From: Epiperipatus broadwayi
Lineage: Eukaryota > Animalia > Onychophora
Length of the DNA: 64,000 bases
Direction: 5' to 3'
Assembly: GCA_028023455.1 (NCBI GenBank)
Contig: JAQFVV010000004.1
Span: 19,716,001-19,780,000, forward strand
Part shown: in pieces, positions 13,084 through 26,900 of the stretch
Layout of the letters: every line of letters begins with the position of its first letter
Position numbering within the stretch: position 1 is the stretch's first letter
Position numbers and translations under genes: made by a program
Notes under the pieces: generated by a model
What the model was told of the DNA's origin: nothing
Databases searched by the model: none
The model's input: only the letters and a program-made list of their open reading frames with translations

Positions 13084-13822
13084 TTGATAGTTATTGACTC
13101 ACTGAATTATAATGACATTTTATTAACAGTAAAGCAGCTCAAAAATAAAAAAAGTTTTGGGTATGATATGGTACCTGTTTTTATTTACAAAGGATATGCT
13201 GAACTATTAGCTCTGGAGCTTTGTTATATTTTCAATATCTTGTACAGCAGAGTAATTTTTCTGATTCGTGGAAAGTTGCAAAATTTATACCAATATCAAA
13301 ATTCAAATAATGTTGGTAATTATAGACCTATTTCATCATTATGTATAGCTGGAAAATTCATTGAAAAATATGTGTATAATGTGATAATAGATAAAGTAAC
13401 TAGATCATTATCTAAAACATAACATGGCTTTATACCAGGTAGATCTGCTGAGATTAATTTGATAAATATTCAAGATGCTTTTACAAATGCAATTGATAAC
13501 AGGTTGCAGCTAGATGTAATTTATTTTGATTTAAGCAAAGCATTTGATCGAGTAGATCATTCCAGCTTGATTGGCAACTTACATATTATTGGTTTTAGTT
13601 GTGAACATCTGTGGTGGTTTGTATCTTTTGTCTCAAATAGACATAAATTTGGTTTCTTTTGGGTCTATAAAATCACATACATATTTTAATAATGCTGGAG
13701 TGTCTCAAGGAAGTATACTTGGAACACTATTCTCTTTAGTTTATTGTTTGGATATAGAGCAATGTGTAGCTGGTTCTAATATTCTTTGCTTTGCAGATGA
13801 TATTGAATTGTATAAAACTTAA
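13084..13822 (+). pseudogene. CR1 reverse transcriptase domain, frameshifted
   Basis: ORF-track pieces 13084-13422, 13459-13689 and 13571-13822 carry successive RT motifs in different frames. Confidence 0.9.
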
Positions 13823-14504
13823 TAATTTTGTCAGAAAATTTTACAGTCTGATATCAAAAGATTTTTAAGATTGGTATGTAAGAAACTATATGGAAATTAA
13901 CATTGAAAAATGTTGTGTTATATGGTTTTCTAAAAAACTACTACAAGTATGTTCAATTATACATTAAATTCAAAAAGTATTTCAAGAATATAAAGATTTA
14001 TGTATTATTTTTACTAATAATGAAATATTTACTAATAATATAAAATGGTTTTACCTATTTTAAAGTATAGAACTTTGATCTAGAACTCTTGTAAATTAAG
14101 TAATAGATTAGCATTAGAAGAAGTTTATAAAAAAATTCTAAGATATATGATGATAATGCACTCTATAAAAATGAATATATACTGATATGAAGTACTTAAA
14201 CAAATTCATCAGGTATAATACATATGAGAATTTGTCAAACAACATTATCATTTAAGATGAAAATAAAGGATATGAGATTAAAAAAGTTGTATAACATTCC
14301 AAAGTTTAAAAGTGAAACATTAAAAAATTCAGCCTTAGTAAGATTACCAGATTGTATAATAAATATTTTAGTGCTATTAATATGTTTGAAACAAATGATA
14401 GAACATTTAGGACTATTGTACAAAAAACTCTGCAAATGTTTTGTGAACTAGATTAGATATGCATTTTTGTTTGGATGTAAAATCTGTTAAATGTACTAAA
14501 TTAA

Positions 14505-14666
<162 letters not shown>

Positions 14667-14942
14667 AGTAGTAGTAGTAGTAGTAGTTTTAAAACAGCTT
14701 TATTAAGTAAAAATGTTGTCATACATAGTGGAAAAAATAAGGTAACTTACATTGTTTCATCAGTTACATTGCATTTTACAGTGAAATAACAAGTATTAAA
14801 GTGGGGAACAGTCAGTTAATGGGCATGTTTTATGACAATAAAAAAAAAACCGCAAAAAAAAAGGTAAAAAATCAAAAAAAAAATAATAAATAAAGTTCTT
14901 CTTCAGGTAATGTTTTCTCCGTATGTAATTGTGGGATTGTGA

Positions 14943-17900
14943 TTAGGTTGTCGGCATCTGAATTGATTTCCAAGTATCTGTGAATAGTCCAAAAGGGGCA
15001 AGTAATTGGTCCCTCTTCTTTATTGCTTGTAGTTTATTTAGGTAAATTGTTCTGTATTTGCGAGAAGTGGGGTTGAATACAAAATGACAGCGCACAAACC
15101 AGAGTGTGAAAAAAAGGTATGTGTGTATTCTGATTGAGGTAAAATTACCTGCCTGTATTGCATTAATTAACAACACTAGTATGGTATCATTACTCCCAGT
15201 GAGTGTTGCAATTAGTTCTCTATAAATGTTAAGAGCACGACAGTCAGTGATAATATGATTAATGGTCTCCTCATCCGTATGACAAAGCACACATATTGGA
15301 TTGAGGTTAGCATTTTTCATTCTTGTTGTCAGAAAATAATTTGTTGGTAAGGCATCAAGATTAATCTTTACTAAAAAGTCAAGATATTTTGGTTCTAGGT
15401 GTCAATATTTGAATTTTTTTATAAGTGTCTTATTTGATATTGAAAGACTACTGCTATGGTAATGAGTGGTAGAGTCTACATTTATAATTTGATATGCATC
15501 CCAGTATTTTAATTTATTTGCTGTTTGATCATTCTGCTTATTGTACATATTTATTAAAACCAAAAGGTTATGTATGAATTTGTTACTAGTGGGTGGAGGT
15601 GTATCTGTTGGAACTATTGGAATGAAGACTTCACCAAACTCAAAGTTGGTTATAAGTTTTTGAATAGTGTTATATGCCTTTTGAAAAAAAAAGGTAGTAA
15701 TGCTGTGTAGTGAAAGGCCATTATCTTTGGAATGTTTTTGTAGCTTGTTGATACTAATGGATACAGTTTTTTTTGTTCCAAATTAACTGTGTGCACAAAG
15801 AATTGATTTTGCGAATAAATGAGTTGGTGAATTTAATAATTGGGGCATAATAATTAATTTTAGGAAAAATTAACATATTGATCAAAGAAATTTTACTATC
15901 AATTGATAAATATGCTTTAGTTAAAGAATTGATTAATTTATTGATTGAAATTTAGTAAGTTATTTTGTATTAAAATTCTTGCTTGATTTGTAGAAAGGTG
16001 GAAAGGTATTCCAAGAAAAGGGTGGGGGGCATGAGAGTTTATTGTCTTAATTGGTGAGCCTGTGAGTAGGGACCACACAGCCATTTTTTCCTGATTAAAT
16101 TTTAATTGATATTGTGTTGAATATTTTTCTAATATTTTATGTAAATCTGGTAACATTTGTTTTGAGGGGAGGAGGACTATTACATCATCCATGTAGGTGA
16201 GATGCTTAATTGTTTGTCTAAGTGTATGGGAGTACACACCCGGGAGCTTTGCTTCTATTTCTGCAAGAAGTGGATTAATAAATGTGATAAATAGAAGCGA
16301 GCTGAGTGGAGAGCCCTGTGGTATAGAATTATGTGGAATGAAAGAAGGTGATATTTTTCCATTGAGGGTAATTTGTAGGCTTCTATTTATTAATAAGTTA
16401 GCCAGTATATACATTATTGGTGTTGGAATATTGTATTTGCCTATTAAACACAGAAGGCTATCAACTGGCACAGAGTCAAATGTGGCTTCTATGTCTAGCT
16501 AACTGCCACTGGTGCTGCCTTTCTTTTGGTTTTAATATCATCCTGTATGATTCTAAATAGCATTAGTGCTTCTGGTATGGAGTTGCCTTTTTTGGCAAAT
16601 TGGAATTTAGACAGATGCGGGAGTATTAAAGGCTGAATTTTGTCTTTAATAATGGACTCAATGATTTTTATTATGAGTGGTGACATTGAAATCGGCCTTA
16701 AATTGTGAAGTGGGGATGGCTGTATGGTCTTTTTTAAAAATGGAACTATTGAAACTGGGTATAATAGATGGATATTGTGTATCTGTTGAGACAAAAAGTT
16801 CAACATATTATATATTATAGGAATAGTGTAATAGTTAAGATGGTGATATAGAAAATTCGGGATGGCATGAAGTCCTGGGTGTGCATGATTTGGCATGCTG
16901 CTTATTTTTGCTTCAATGTCTTTTTTGGTGATATTATGTGATTTATTTGATATCCCAAAATAAAATTGACCAAGATTGGGTTTAGGTCTTTGTTGAAATC
17001 GTGTTTTAAAGTGATCTAATATAGGGAGAATCATATTCTCAGCTGTGATTATCTGATCTGCCATGAGAATGGATGATGGGGTTGGGCTTCTGCCACTATA
17101 TCCCAGAGCCCAACGAATGTAGCCTGTCGTCCAGTTGTGGGTGTCTCTAAGATATAGTTTAGCTTTTTTAATTGATATATAGTTTGCCAGTATGAGTTGT
17201 GTGTCTTTATATTCTTGCTTAAGCTGAAGAATAGTGTTTATTGACTGTGGATTGGCTGTTGTGGAATTTAATTTGTCCCTTATCAATTCTAGTTTATTTA
17301 ATGTTTTGGTGGGTGGTGGATTTCTCATTGTGTAACGTTTGATTGTAGTGGTGAGAATGTTGATATAAGTAAACCAGGCTTCTGCTGGGGCTAGAGATAA
17401 AATGTCTAATCTATTCAATTGTATATAAGTTTCTGACAATACAGCTTCTGGCGCATTGGCTTTAAGTAGAAGACGAGTAGTGTTGGATAATGAAAGGGTT
17501 GGCTGGGTATATGTAGGTAGGCTGATTTCAACTTTTAGAGCATTATGGTCTGAGAAAGGGACTGGATGAAGTGAAGGCTTTATTTGAAAGTGGAGTTCAG
17601 GTGAATAAAAGAGTAAATCTATTAATGTTGAATGTTGTCTATTGTAAAATGAAATTGTGTTTGAAGGAAAGAAACCATCTGCACTCTTCAGTTTCTTGTT
17701 AATACATTGCAAATATTTTCTTATGAAAGACTCATATGTCATGTTGAAATCACCTAGTATTATTGTAGGGTATGGGTTTGTAGATAGGTGTAGGTTAATG
17801 GTGTTGATCAGTTGATGAATTAGTGTAGATTTATTATATAAGTACAGTGATATAATGTTCAGTTTAAAATCTTTATTATGAAGTGACAATATTATCATAT

Positions 17901-18174
17901 GCTGGTCACAGTATAATATTTTAAAGGATTGGATTGGAGAGGTGTGATGAATCAAAAAGCCAACTCCTGCCGCTGAGTAGTTGGAAATTGAGAACTTGTT
18001 ATAGCCAAATTTGTTCAAGTAATGGTCTGGCTTAAAGCTGGAGTTAACAGAATATTTAGTCTCAGTGAAAAAAAGCAAATGAGAAGGTGAATGTGTAAAC
18101 CAATCTGTAATTGCATGCATTCTTTTTGTGGAATTGATTCCCCTCACATTGACTGTAGTGATTATTATTTTCAT
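14943..18174 (-). pseudogene. Tx1/L1 ORF2 (APE endonuclease, reverse transcriptase, C-terminal zinc motif) with a few frameshifts
   Basis: TVNVRGIN, FFTETK, IILGDFN and FSDH (APE). LRPISMSPLIIKIIE; a 1-bp deletion near 16497 breaks VAV(Q)LDIEATFDSV; then IPQGSPLS, YMDD and CVLCHTDEETINHIITDC. Confidence 0.92.
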
Positions 18175-18207
18175 TTTCTAGTTAAAGTGGGGTGTGTGGA
18201 TTAGTGT

Positions 18208-20263
18208 TCAAACCTCTTGCGGCAAAATGGTTCGATTGTCAATACTTGCATCTGCAGCTAATGATGTATTTACAGTACTAGTGGCAGCCAATTGCTTCTT
18301 TTTTCTCGGTTTCCTGCAGTGGATGTCCACTCCTGCAGTGTAATCGAGCTGTTGTGCTATTTGTTCTGATTTTCCTGTGGGATGTTGTCTTGTCCAATAC
18401 GGTTCCTGTGGTGAAGCTGTTGATTTGACATTCTGTTTATTTGATTTGTGTTTCTTCTTGACTGGTTTCCAAGAGTCTGTTAAGCTGTCAGAAGATTCTG
18501 CTGTTTCTGTGGTATCCATTTGAGTCATAATTTGGTGTGAATGTTTATTGATTTCAGTTTGTTGTTCATTTTTGTTTATTTTTTTAAGCTTAGTTGTTTG
18601 TTGTATTTTGTGGTTGCTGGGCTCTTCATCACTATAATAAGAGGAGGCCACTTCTATTTCTTGTTCATCATTTGAATCTGGCGTGGAATTAGCTGTGTTT
18701 AAGTTATTTGTTATTTGCGTCTATGTGTTGTCTAGAGGAGATACGATAGGTATATTATCTGGGTTTAATAAACTCGGCAATTGCGTTTGTGTGTTATTTA
18801 AAGAAGGTGGGATGGGCATTTGTTCTTCACTTGTCTTGATAGTTTTATCCCTGACTGAGGGCATTGTTTTAGAAAGAACTGGACATCGGTGCCTTTCACT
18901 TGATTTGAGGCCACAATTATCACATTCTTTTAGGACAGTCTCTTATCACGTGTGTGAGCTGTTTACAGGAAAAACACTGAGGAGGTGTGCCTCTAAAGGT
19001 AATAACAAGCGGTAATTTACCTGTGGCGAATACTGTTGGTATGTCTAATGCAGTCACATTTTTATTTAATTGTATATTAAATGTCACTGCATTCATTCTA
19101 ATTGGAATTGGTGTTCTTTTTTCCGTTAAAAAATTAAAATTTGTTATTTTTCCGTAGTTTTCCAATAGCGATTGTAAATTTGCTTCCGTAAAACCAATAT
19201 GACAATTTCTAATTATGCCTTGTGTCACTAGAGCTCGCTCTAAATCGATATAGCAAATAATTTTGTTATTTAAAAATTTGACGTGCTTTTTAAAAATATC
19301 TTTTTGTGTCTTGTTGTGAAATTCAAAACACAAATATCTGTTATTGGGATGGTATAGTATTTGGTGGACGTAACTCCACAATTTCATTTGTGTTATTTTG
19401 TCATAAAATTCATCTATTGGGAATTTAAATAATTCGGCGTCCACATTTGTTACCGCCATTACGAGTGATTTGTCGCTATGAAAACTTTTGAACGAAGTTA
19501 ATAGCAGTAGTGGAATCGTTTTATTAAAATTGTTAGTATATTGGTCATATAATTCTAGGGTTATATAATGAAGTTGATCTTGGTGTGTATTGTTGTGATA
19601 TTGTTGATCCTCAGTATCGTTAACGATTCCCATAAGCTCTGCAAAGGACTCGGCGTCTGGCTGAACGTAATCCCTCGACACTTGAAGATCGGCCTTTACA
19701 GCTCTAGCATACGTATTGTTATTATTTGTGCATGAATTTTGATTATTGTGGTAGTCATTTGATTTTTCTCTAGTATTTTGATGGAGTAGAGGCGAATCTA
19801 CTGAATAAGAGCTTTGAGATGCACTTCTATCCAATGGTGGAGAATTGGTAGGGTATGCTTCAGGCTCTTTCAGGTACGTTGTATTTATTTTGTCTAATTT
19901 TTGATAACTTTCCGATTGCAAATATAATGCTGTATTTATTTTCTCAGTGTCTTTATTTGCACTATTGGAATAATTATTATTTGATATTCGGGTAGGAGAT
20001 ATGGTTTTCCTTTCCAAGGGCGGAAAATTAACGTTGTTAATCTCAGGCCTTCGAATGCATGTTTCCGCTTTATCGGTATTTTTTCCCGATAATTTTTCTT
20101 TCATAATATGTGATTCAAATGCTGATTCAATAATTTGATCACTAGTATTTTGATCTGGATTGTCTGATTCTATTATTATTGAACTATTGTTAGCTTGAAT
20201 GAATGTCTGATTTTGTTTTTGATACTCGGCAGTACTCCCATTTGCATTGAACGCATCGGCCAT
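18208..20263 (-). pseudogene. Tx1/L1 ORF1 (gag-like, zinc knuckle), about 685 aa if repaired
   Basis: ORF 18920-20263 ends in CFSCKQLTHVIRDC (CX2CX4HX4C). One frameshift in an A run near 18927 continues as ECDNCGLKSSERHRC. One in-frame TAG at 18721-18723 separates it from ORF 18208-18651. Confidence 0.85.
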
Positions 20264-20480
20264 TTTACAATCTTACAAATGGCGCTTGCCTGTACGTTAT
20301 TTTTCAAAAATAATCAAAACTCTAATTATAAATGATTTTCTCTTACCTTTAAGATGTGGAAAAGTTCTTCTTCCTATATCTGTTACAAATAACATCAATT
20401 AGGTCTAATACGACAGAAAAAATCAACTAATATTTGAAAGTGAAAAGGAGCTAGATGTGAAACAGTCTATCTGCATGGAT

Positions 20481-20490
20481 GCCATCTTGG
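20481..20490 (-). promoter_or_regulatory. YY1-type motif CCAAGATGGC at the 5' terminus of the Tx1/L1 element
   Basis: Exact CAAGATGGC a few nt inside the 5' end, the same position and sequence as in vertebrate L1 5' UTRs. Confidence 0.6.
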
Positions 20491-20494
20491 CTCT

Positions 20495-20519
20495 CTACTA
20501 CTACTACTACTACTACTAT

Positions 20520-20558
<39 letters not shown>

Positions 20559-20640
20559 TACTACTACTATCATCATCATTATCATCATCATAGTGGTGGT
20601 GGTAATGATTATGATGATTATTATTAAATTATTATTATTA
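20495..20640. repeat. (ACT)n continuing into (ATC)/(ATT) compound microsatellite
   Basis: Read directly; this is the right-hand remainder of the microsatellite split by the Tx1 element. Confidence 0.95.
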
Positions 20641-22150
20641 TTATGAAAAAATCCATTGAACTTTTTTTTTAAATCTTTGTCTTTAATCTTATTGAAGCAT
20701 TATTTGCAAAAATCACTATATTATCTGCAAAGTTTAAATTAGTTAATACTAATTTAATTTTGCTCTTAACTTTCCATTTTAATCCACTAAATATTTTTTG
20801 TAAAAATGCTGACATTTTTTTGGGAGGTATTGAATCACCTTGTTATACACCCTTTTTAATTTTAATGTTTTTATGTTATCTAATCATTGCTGCTGCATTT
20901 TGATAAATATTTTTCAGAATATGAAAATATCCTGGGTTTTTATTTTGACGATCCATAACTTTCATTGTGGAAATGTTTATCGAATGAAATACCTTCTCAT
21001 AACCTGCACATCCAAAACATAATGGCAACTCATATTTATTAATTCTTTCTTTAACCTCTCTCCATATTTGATATATAATCTACTGTGCTTAGACAACTTT
21101 TAAATCCATCTTGTTCTTTAAGTTGATTAGAATACAAAGTATACTGAAGTTAAGTTGTAATTACCTAAGTAAAAATTTTGTATTGAATTGATAGAAAAGA
21201 GATAGGTTCACAATTTTTAATATTTTCTTCATGACTTTTCATAAATATATTATCTAATACATCTTTATCATTTAGATATTTGATATAAAAATTTGCTAAT
21301 AGTTTTTCTATTTATTTATCTGATTTTTAAAAAAATATTAATAATAATTTTGTCACTTCCTGAAACTTTGATGTAATTGCATGTCTTACTTCTTTTTTTA
21401 AAACGTGATAATTTAGATGATGTAGTAATTATAGGAGATGCCTTATTTTCTTATTCTTTATTTCTATATAATTCTTTTTAGAACACTTTCATAATTTTAT
21501 AATATCATTTTTCTTTTTAGTAATCTTATTATTGCTGAAACAACTTTTCTTCCATACCAAAATGTTGTTTTATACTTTCAAGACTTTTATTTTATTCTAT
21601 AACTTTCCTTACTTATTCACATTTATATTTTCTTATACCATTATTAACTTTTCTGTATCACTTTATAAAATTCTAGATATTTGATTATACTTAATGGATC
21701 ATTTAATTTTTTTTTCATTTCCCTTTATTTCTTTATATATTTTCTTATCTCAAGAGAAAATTCACTTGCTCTAAACCACCAAACATCACATGATCACCAT
21801 TCTTTATGTTTACACAAGCTGTTTTTCACAGAGGCAAAACTTTCTATACAGTAGCACCACTCAGTGCATCACTGATTACTCTGGCTTGCACTGAGTGGCA
21901 CTACTGTATGGAGAGTTTTGCCTCTGTGAAATTGTTGCTTTATTATACCATCTATTTTTCTTGCAGTTTTTAATACAGCAAAGTATCAGTTATCTTCTTT
22001 TTGGTTTCGGTAAAATCTGAATCATTTTTAAAATTTGTTAATATTGATTTGCAAGTTCCAATTTAAATTCATTGGTGTCTGATATTTAGAACTATTGCTA
22101 ATTATGACTTTCTTAATATTTTAATTTTTAACACTTAGGTTACATCTCAT
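20640..22150 (-). mobile_element. Decayed RTE LINE (linker and RT N-terminus) interrupted by family-A copy 2
   Basis: Nucleotide similarity to 51700-52950, including the EY..PLC..DYEK(A)FD region near 20970-21040. Confidence 0.7.
21781..21931 (-). mobile_element. Fold-back mini-element family A, copy 2 (shortest; no ribozyme)
   Basis: Family-A tail AAACATCACATGATCACCAT on the left; arms TTCACAGAGGCAAAAC...CCACTCAGTGCA and TGCACTGAGTGG...GTTTTGCCTCTGTGAA. Confidence 0.85.
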
Positions 22151-22939
22151 CAATCAAATCTATCCCATTATTGGTCATTAAATGGATATCTAGTTATTCT
22201 TAACTTGAGTTTAAGACAAAACAAAACAAAACAAAAAAACTTAAACCCTCACTATCTGGTTATTTTTGGATAGTTGTGGAAAGGTCTTTGTCTTGCAGGG
22301 ACTTCTTCAAAGACAGTTTTATTTATCATGTATAATAGTAGCACATTCTAAAATAAAAGTTTAATAGAAATCTTTTCATTTTTAATTTTTTAGCTAAAAT
22401 GGAAGTTATTTTTTGACTACTTTATTTAAATTTGCTGTACTGTTTCAAAAATAATTGATTTTATTTGTTAAAATGTCTTATAATCTTTAATTTATTTATT
22501 TATTTTTTGGCTTTCAACAAAATTGATTATGCTATGGAGATTATTATAGTAATTTGTATTAAAAGCAGTTTTTTTATTATCTCTTTTTGTCACAATTTGC
22601 AATAATAAATAATTCTTACTGTCTATAAATGGCATACATGTTTTTTTAAAAATAAGACCTGATTAAAAAAAAAAATTCTAAAGAAAATAAAGTTAAAAGA
22701 ACAATGGCCAAGTTATGAAATAAAAAAGAATAAGAAATTTGAGTTATTAATAAATAATGCTTCCATTTTCTTTTATACATCACACAATAACAATGCATAA
22801 TGTGGATGCAGCACCCACACGCATGCGCGCACACATTACGTATATATATACAACTATGTAATATCATTTAAGATCAATTATATGAGTAATATATAAACAA
22901 TTGTAAGAATAATTGTTTTGCAGGTCATGTGATGTAACA

Positions 22940-23950
22940 TTTTGATAAACATTCTTCAGAATACCATATCCTAGATCTATGCCTTGATGATCTAATGCTT
23001 TATTCACTGCAGAAATGCTTATAGAATCAAATGTCCGTTCATAATCTATAAAACCAAACTATAATGACAACTCATATTCATCGCTTTAACTTCTTTCAAT
23101 ATTTGGCTGTTATGAAATCCAGATGCTTCTTTTGATTTGTGAGTTTCCTATAGTTGAGTTGTAATAGTTTTTGTAAAAATTTTGTATAGAACTGACAGAA
23201 AAGTATTAGATCTGTAATTTTTAATACCTTCATTATCATTTTTTTATATATCAATATTCTTCCAATCATCTTGTACATCTTTATTATTTAGACATTCTAT
23301 TTCTTTCTTCATCTTCTTATTTTAAGATGTTGATTATAATTCCATCATTACATGCAACATTTCCCTTCTTTATTGATTTAATTGCATACAGTTTATAAGT
23401 CTAATTTTGTAATGGCCTGCATGGTATAAATATTTATAATTAATTTAAGCTACTTTGTTGTTGCTCGGTTTTATGCAAAAATGAAATATATATAAGTGCA
23501 AATCTTAACTTGGAACACATATCTAATAGGATCACATAAGTAATAGAGTTCTTAGTAATCTTCAGAGATGATATGGCATTATCATGTAAAGTTCTGTGAA
23601 TATTAATACTTAAGGTTACCAAGTATTAAATTGGGAAATTACCATTTAAATATAAGTACTTGAACTGTATAGTATTGTTAATAACCTTTGTTTTATTTAT
23701 TGCTAGATCTGTTTTAGTATTTGTTTACTGTTATCTGTTTGCCTGTTGATATTTCTAAAGAATCTCTGCAATGTAGAGGAAATGTTAAATGTATAGAAAT
23801 GATGGTATAGTTGTAAAAGCACTTATACTTAAGATTCTCATCAGTAAAATTTCAAATAGTAGGCTATAGGTCTAGTGATATCCCCTTGAATATTAGTGTG
23901 CCTACTGTCCATTACATAATAATAGTTTATTTCTTTTGGTGCCAATGCAG
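22940..23950 (-). mobile_element. Decayed RTE LINE fragment
   Basis: Minus strand near 23100-23230 resembles DLKNYRPISLLSVLYKIFTKIITTQL...EASGF across frameshifts. Confidence 0.6.
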
Positions 23951-26900
23951 AGTAAGATTACAAAATTCACCATGAGATATTGAAAACCAGTTGGTGGAAA
24001 ATTGGTTGACACAAGATAATAATCATACATAACAGTAAAGGTAGTTGGTTATTGCAAGTGAAGTGACATTTATGGAAATGGGTGAAATGCTTTGGATTGA
24101 AGTTCAACATATGATATAAAAGCATAAAAGATTTAATATATTGAAAATAGAGTGAAATTTGATGTGAACACATAAAAAATAGAAGCAAGAAAAATATAAC
24201 ATATTTAAAAGATAGTTTGTATAATATTGAAATATAAATTTTTTTATTATCTTTCTCTATACAATAAGAAATCAGAAAATCAAGACAAGCATTTTGATAT
24301 GAAAATGCTTTTGAAGAGGATAACAGAAATATTTTAAGAATAACATTTCTCAATAGGAAAATGCAATCAAATAATAGACTAAAGCACTCAATATATTATA
24401 AAAAAAATGGAAAAAATGGATCAAGTAGAAAAGGAAAAGGATAACATTAGAGAAAATGAAAGTAATCATGTTAAAGTTCCTAAAAGTGATGCTGCTCTCA
24501 CTAAGAAATCAAAGCAAGCAAACAGAGATTAAATTAGTAGAAATAATACTGATCTTTTGGGAGAATATTTCATTGAAGAGTATTATAACACTCAAATCAA
24601 AATATAAAAATTGGGAAAGAAAAAATCAAGATGACCCAATATAAGCTGAGATAAAAAAAAATGAAAAGAAAAGAAATATTGAAAAACATACTTCAAATCT
24701 AATAAAACAATGCAGATCATGATCATATGGCATGTGATGATGATCATTTCAAAGCTAATGTGTAATGTGTAAACAAAAACTCCAGGGTATTAACACACTA
24801 TTTATGAATGTAGGTAATGGAAAAATTTTGTGTTTTAAAAAAGAACTTTTCTGCTTGTAAAGAGCAGAATTATGTTTTTTTTTTAGCCACTTTGATTATT
24901 TTTTGCACAATAGAGCAGATTCTTATAAGAATAAAAATCATGGTACTCAATTTAATGTGATGAATGATGATTATATTAATGTTTTAGGAGAAAATTTAAG
25001 AAACATTAAATGCATAGTTCAAAGACTTCAGTATGAGCAACAAAGTGCCTTTTCAGAATTTTCATATTTACACTAAGTTCAAGTTCAAAAATAAAATTTT
25101 CATCAAAACTTTTATTCAGAAAAATGATAGCAAAATGTTCCACTACCAATATATAATGCCATTATGTTATAAAACTGATTTTACCCAGCCACTTAAAGAA
25201 TATATATTTTATACTAAGATTATTTATGCTCTTTTAGATAGACATTATATGCAAATAGAATATGAAATTTTTGCAGATGAGCTTAAAAAATATAATGAAG
25301 ATGAATATTAGGTTATAGCTTAAAAGCAATATGTTACAATAGTGTTGGAAAAGTAAAACAAAAGAAAAAACTACAAGATAAGGTTCAATCAGCTAAGAAA
25401 ACTGATATAGGACCCAAACTAAAAAAACTATGTGTAATAAAATCAATATTTAAGAGTGGGTCTAAATGGCAGATAGCAATAAATTATTTTAAATAATTTG
25501 AAGAATTGTAATTTTTTTTTAATGAAAATGACATTACAATCCAATAAGTGAATACTAATGATAAATTTTCTTTTTGCCCTAAGGAAAGAAATATTGAGAT
25601 AGATAATGATCGATCACAATCTATAATTTATTTTTAAAATATAGTCATCGGCAATAAGGAATTTAATCCAGCTTCATAAATCGAATTAAGTTTTTTTTAC
25701 AAAGGTTTGTATTATATAAGTATACACACATTGGTAAAGAACTGTGTTTATACTCAAATCAATTTTACTTTAGTTTTAAAAATATAAAGAAACTTTTATT
25801 TTATCTAAATTTATTTCAAATAAATCTGTTTTAAAATATGTTTTAAAAACTAATGCATAAGATTTTGCTCAATTTGCCTGTATTATTATTAATTAAAGTT
25901 CTTGGAAAATCAATTTATTTTAAGATTTGGCTTCAGGTATTTTAAATTTCATTTAAATATATTTTAGAGAATAAGATGACTAAATGACATCTATAAATGT
26001 GGGCTTGTTTAATTCAATAATTTTGTAATCAGGAGTAACTAAAAATAATTACTGACTTTTTTAATTAAAGAATTTTATAAACGGGTAATTTGTAAGCATG
26101 TGGGCTTGTTAATTTAAAAAAAGTGTTTTGTAAAGTTGTTAGTATAAAATGGCCAGCATTGAAAATAATTTTGCTCTTTTGGTCTTTGCTTTTGACCTCT
26201 CACCATAAAGTAGACAGAATAACTACCAGCAGCTGAACTAATAAGTATGTGTGGCTAGACACCCAAGCAAAATTTACTTTTACAGTATAAAGCCCATAAC
26301 CATTAGGATATTGAATCCTATCAAATTTGATCCAATACTGTTGCCTACTATTGTCATGTATACAGTTAAACAGCTGCCTTTTTAACAATAGAAATTTTTT
26401 ATGACAACTCTTCTTGAAAACATAAGCTGATTGTGACCAAATTTGGAATCCTGTAAATGGAATGACTTCACTAAGAAACCATGAAGGAGCTCTGTTTTTG
26501 AAAACATATACATATTTATAATCCCACTTTTATAGAGAAATGATTTCTGCTCATCCATATTTAGGAACTTAAGAGTAAACTATTTATTTATAGACCTATT
26601 TGATAAACTTTTGAACTTTTATTACTAACAAGTTAGTAGTATTTATAATTTAATTTGGAAATTTTTTATGTATTTATGTGTTTATCTTTTGTATTAACTT
26701 ATTTTATTATTTAGACATTATAAAACTTGATTTTCAAGAAATGGTGATCATATGAGGTTTATTGTATTTAATATCATGATATGTTTTGAATATATTTTAA
26801 ATATTTCTATTTTAAAGGTGCAAGATACAATTTCTTTTAAAAAAATATTTGTATGAAATAGTTTATATTTTCAAATATTTAAGACAACAGAAATCAGTTT

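Larger units (their letters stand above)
10700..14504 (+). mobile_element. Near full-length but decayed CR1-type LINE with PHD-finger ORF1
   Basis: ORF1 relic with PHD-like Cys/His patterns, APE motif ILICGDFNA (about 12280), and RT motifs YRPISSLCIAGKFIEK, LDVIYFDLSKAFDRVDH, GVSQGSILG and FADD. The 3' end TAAATTAA runs directly into (ACT)n. Confidence 0.85.
14667..20495 (-). mobile_element. Full-length L1/Tx1-type non-LTR retrotransposon (5.8 kb)
   Basis: 5' end GAGAGCCAAGATGGC, gag-like ORF1 with a CCHC knuckle, ORF2 APE-RT-CCHC, AATAAA near the 3' end, and (ACT)n microsatellite on both sides. Confidence 0.93.

Noticed and set aside
16197-19015. Plus-strand ORFs 16197-16502 and 18683-19015
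   Set aside because: Antisense shadows of the Tx1 ORFs; no independent motifs.
24400-25320. Decayed coding-like region (KRKRITLEK, CNV..HTIYEC, PLCYKTDFTQPL)
   Set aside because: The motifs could fit either a pogo transposase or a LINE; too degenerate to call.
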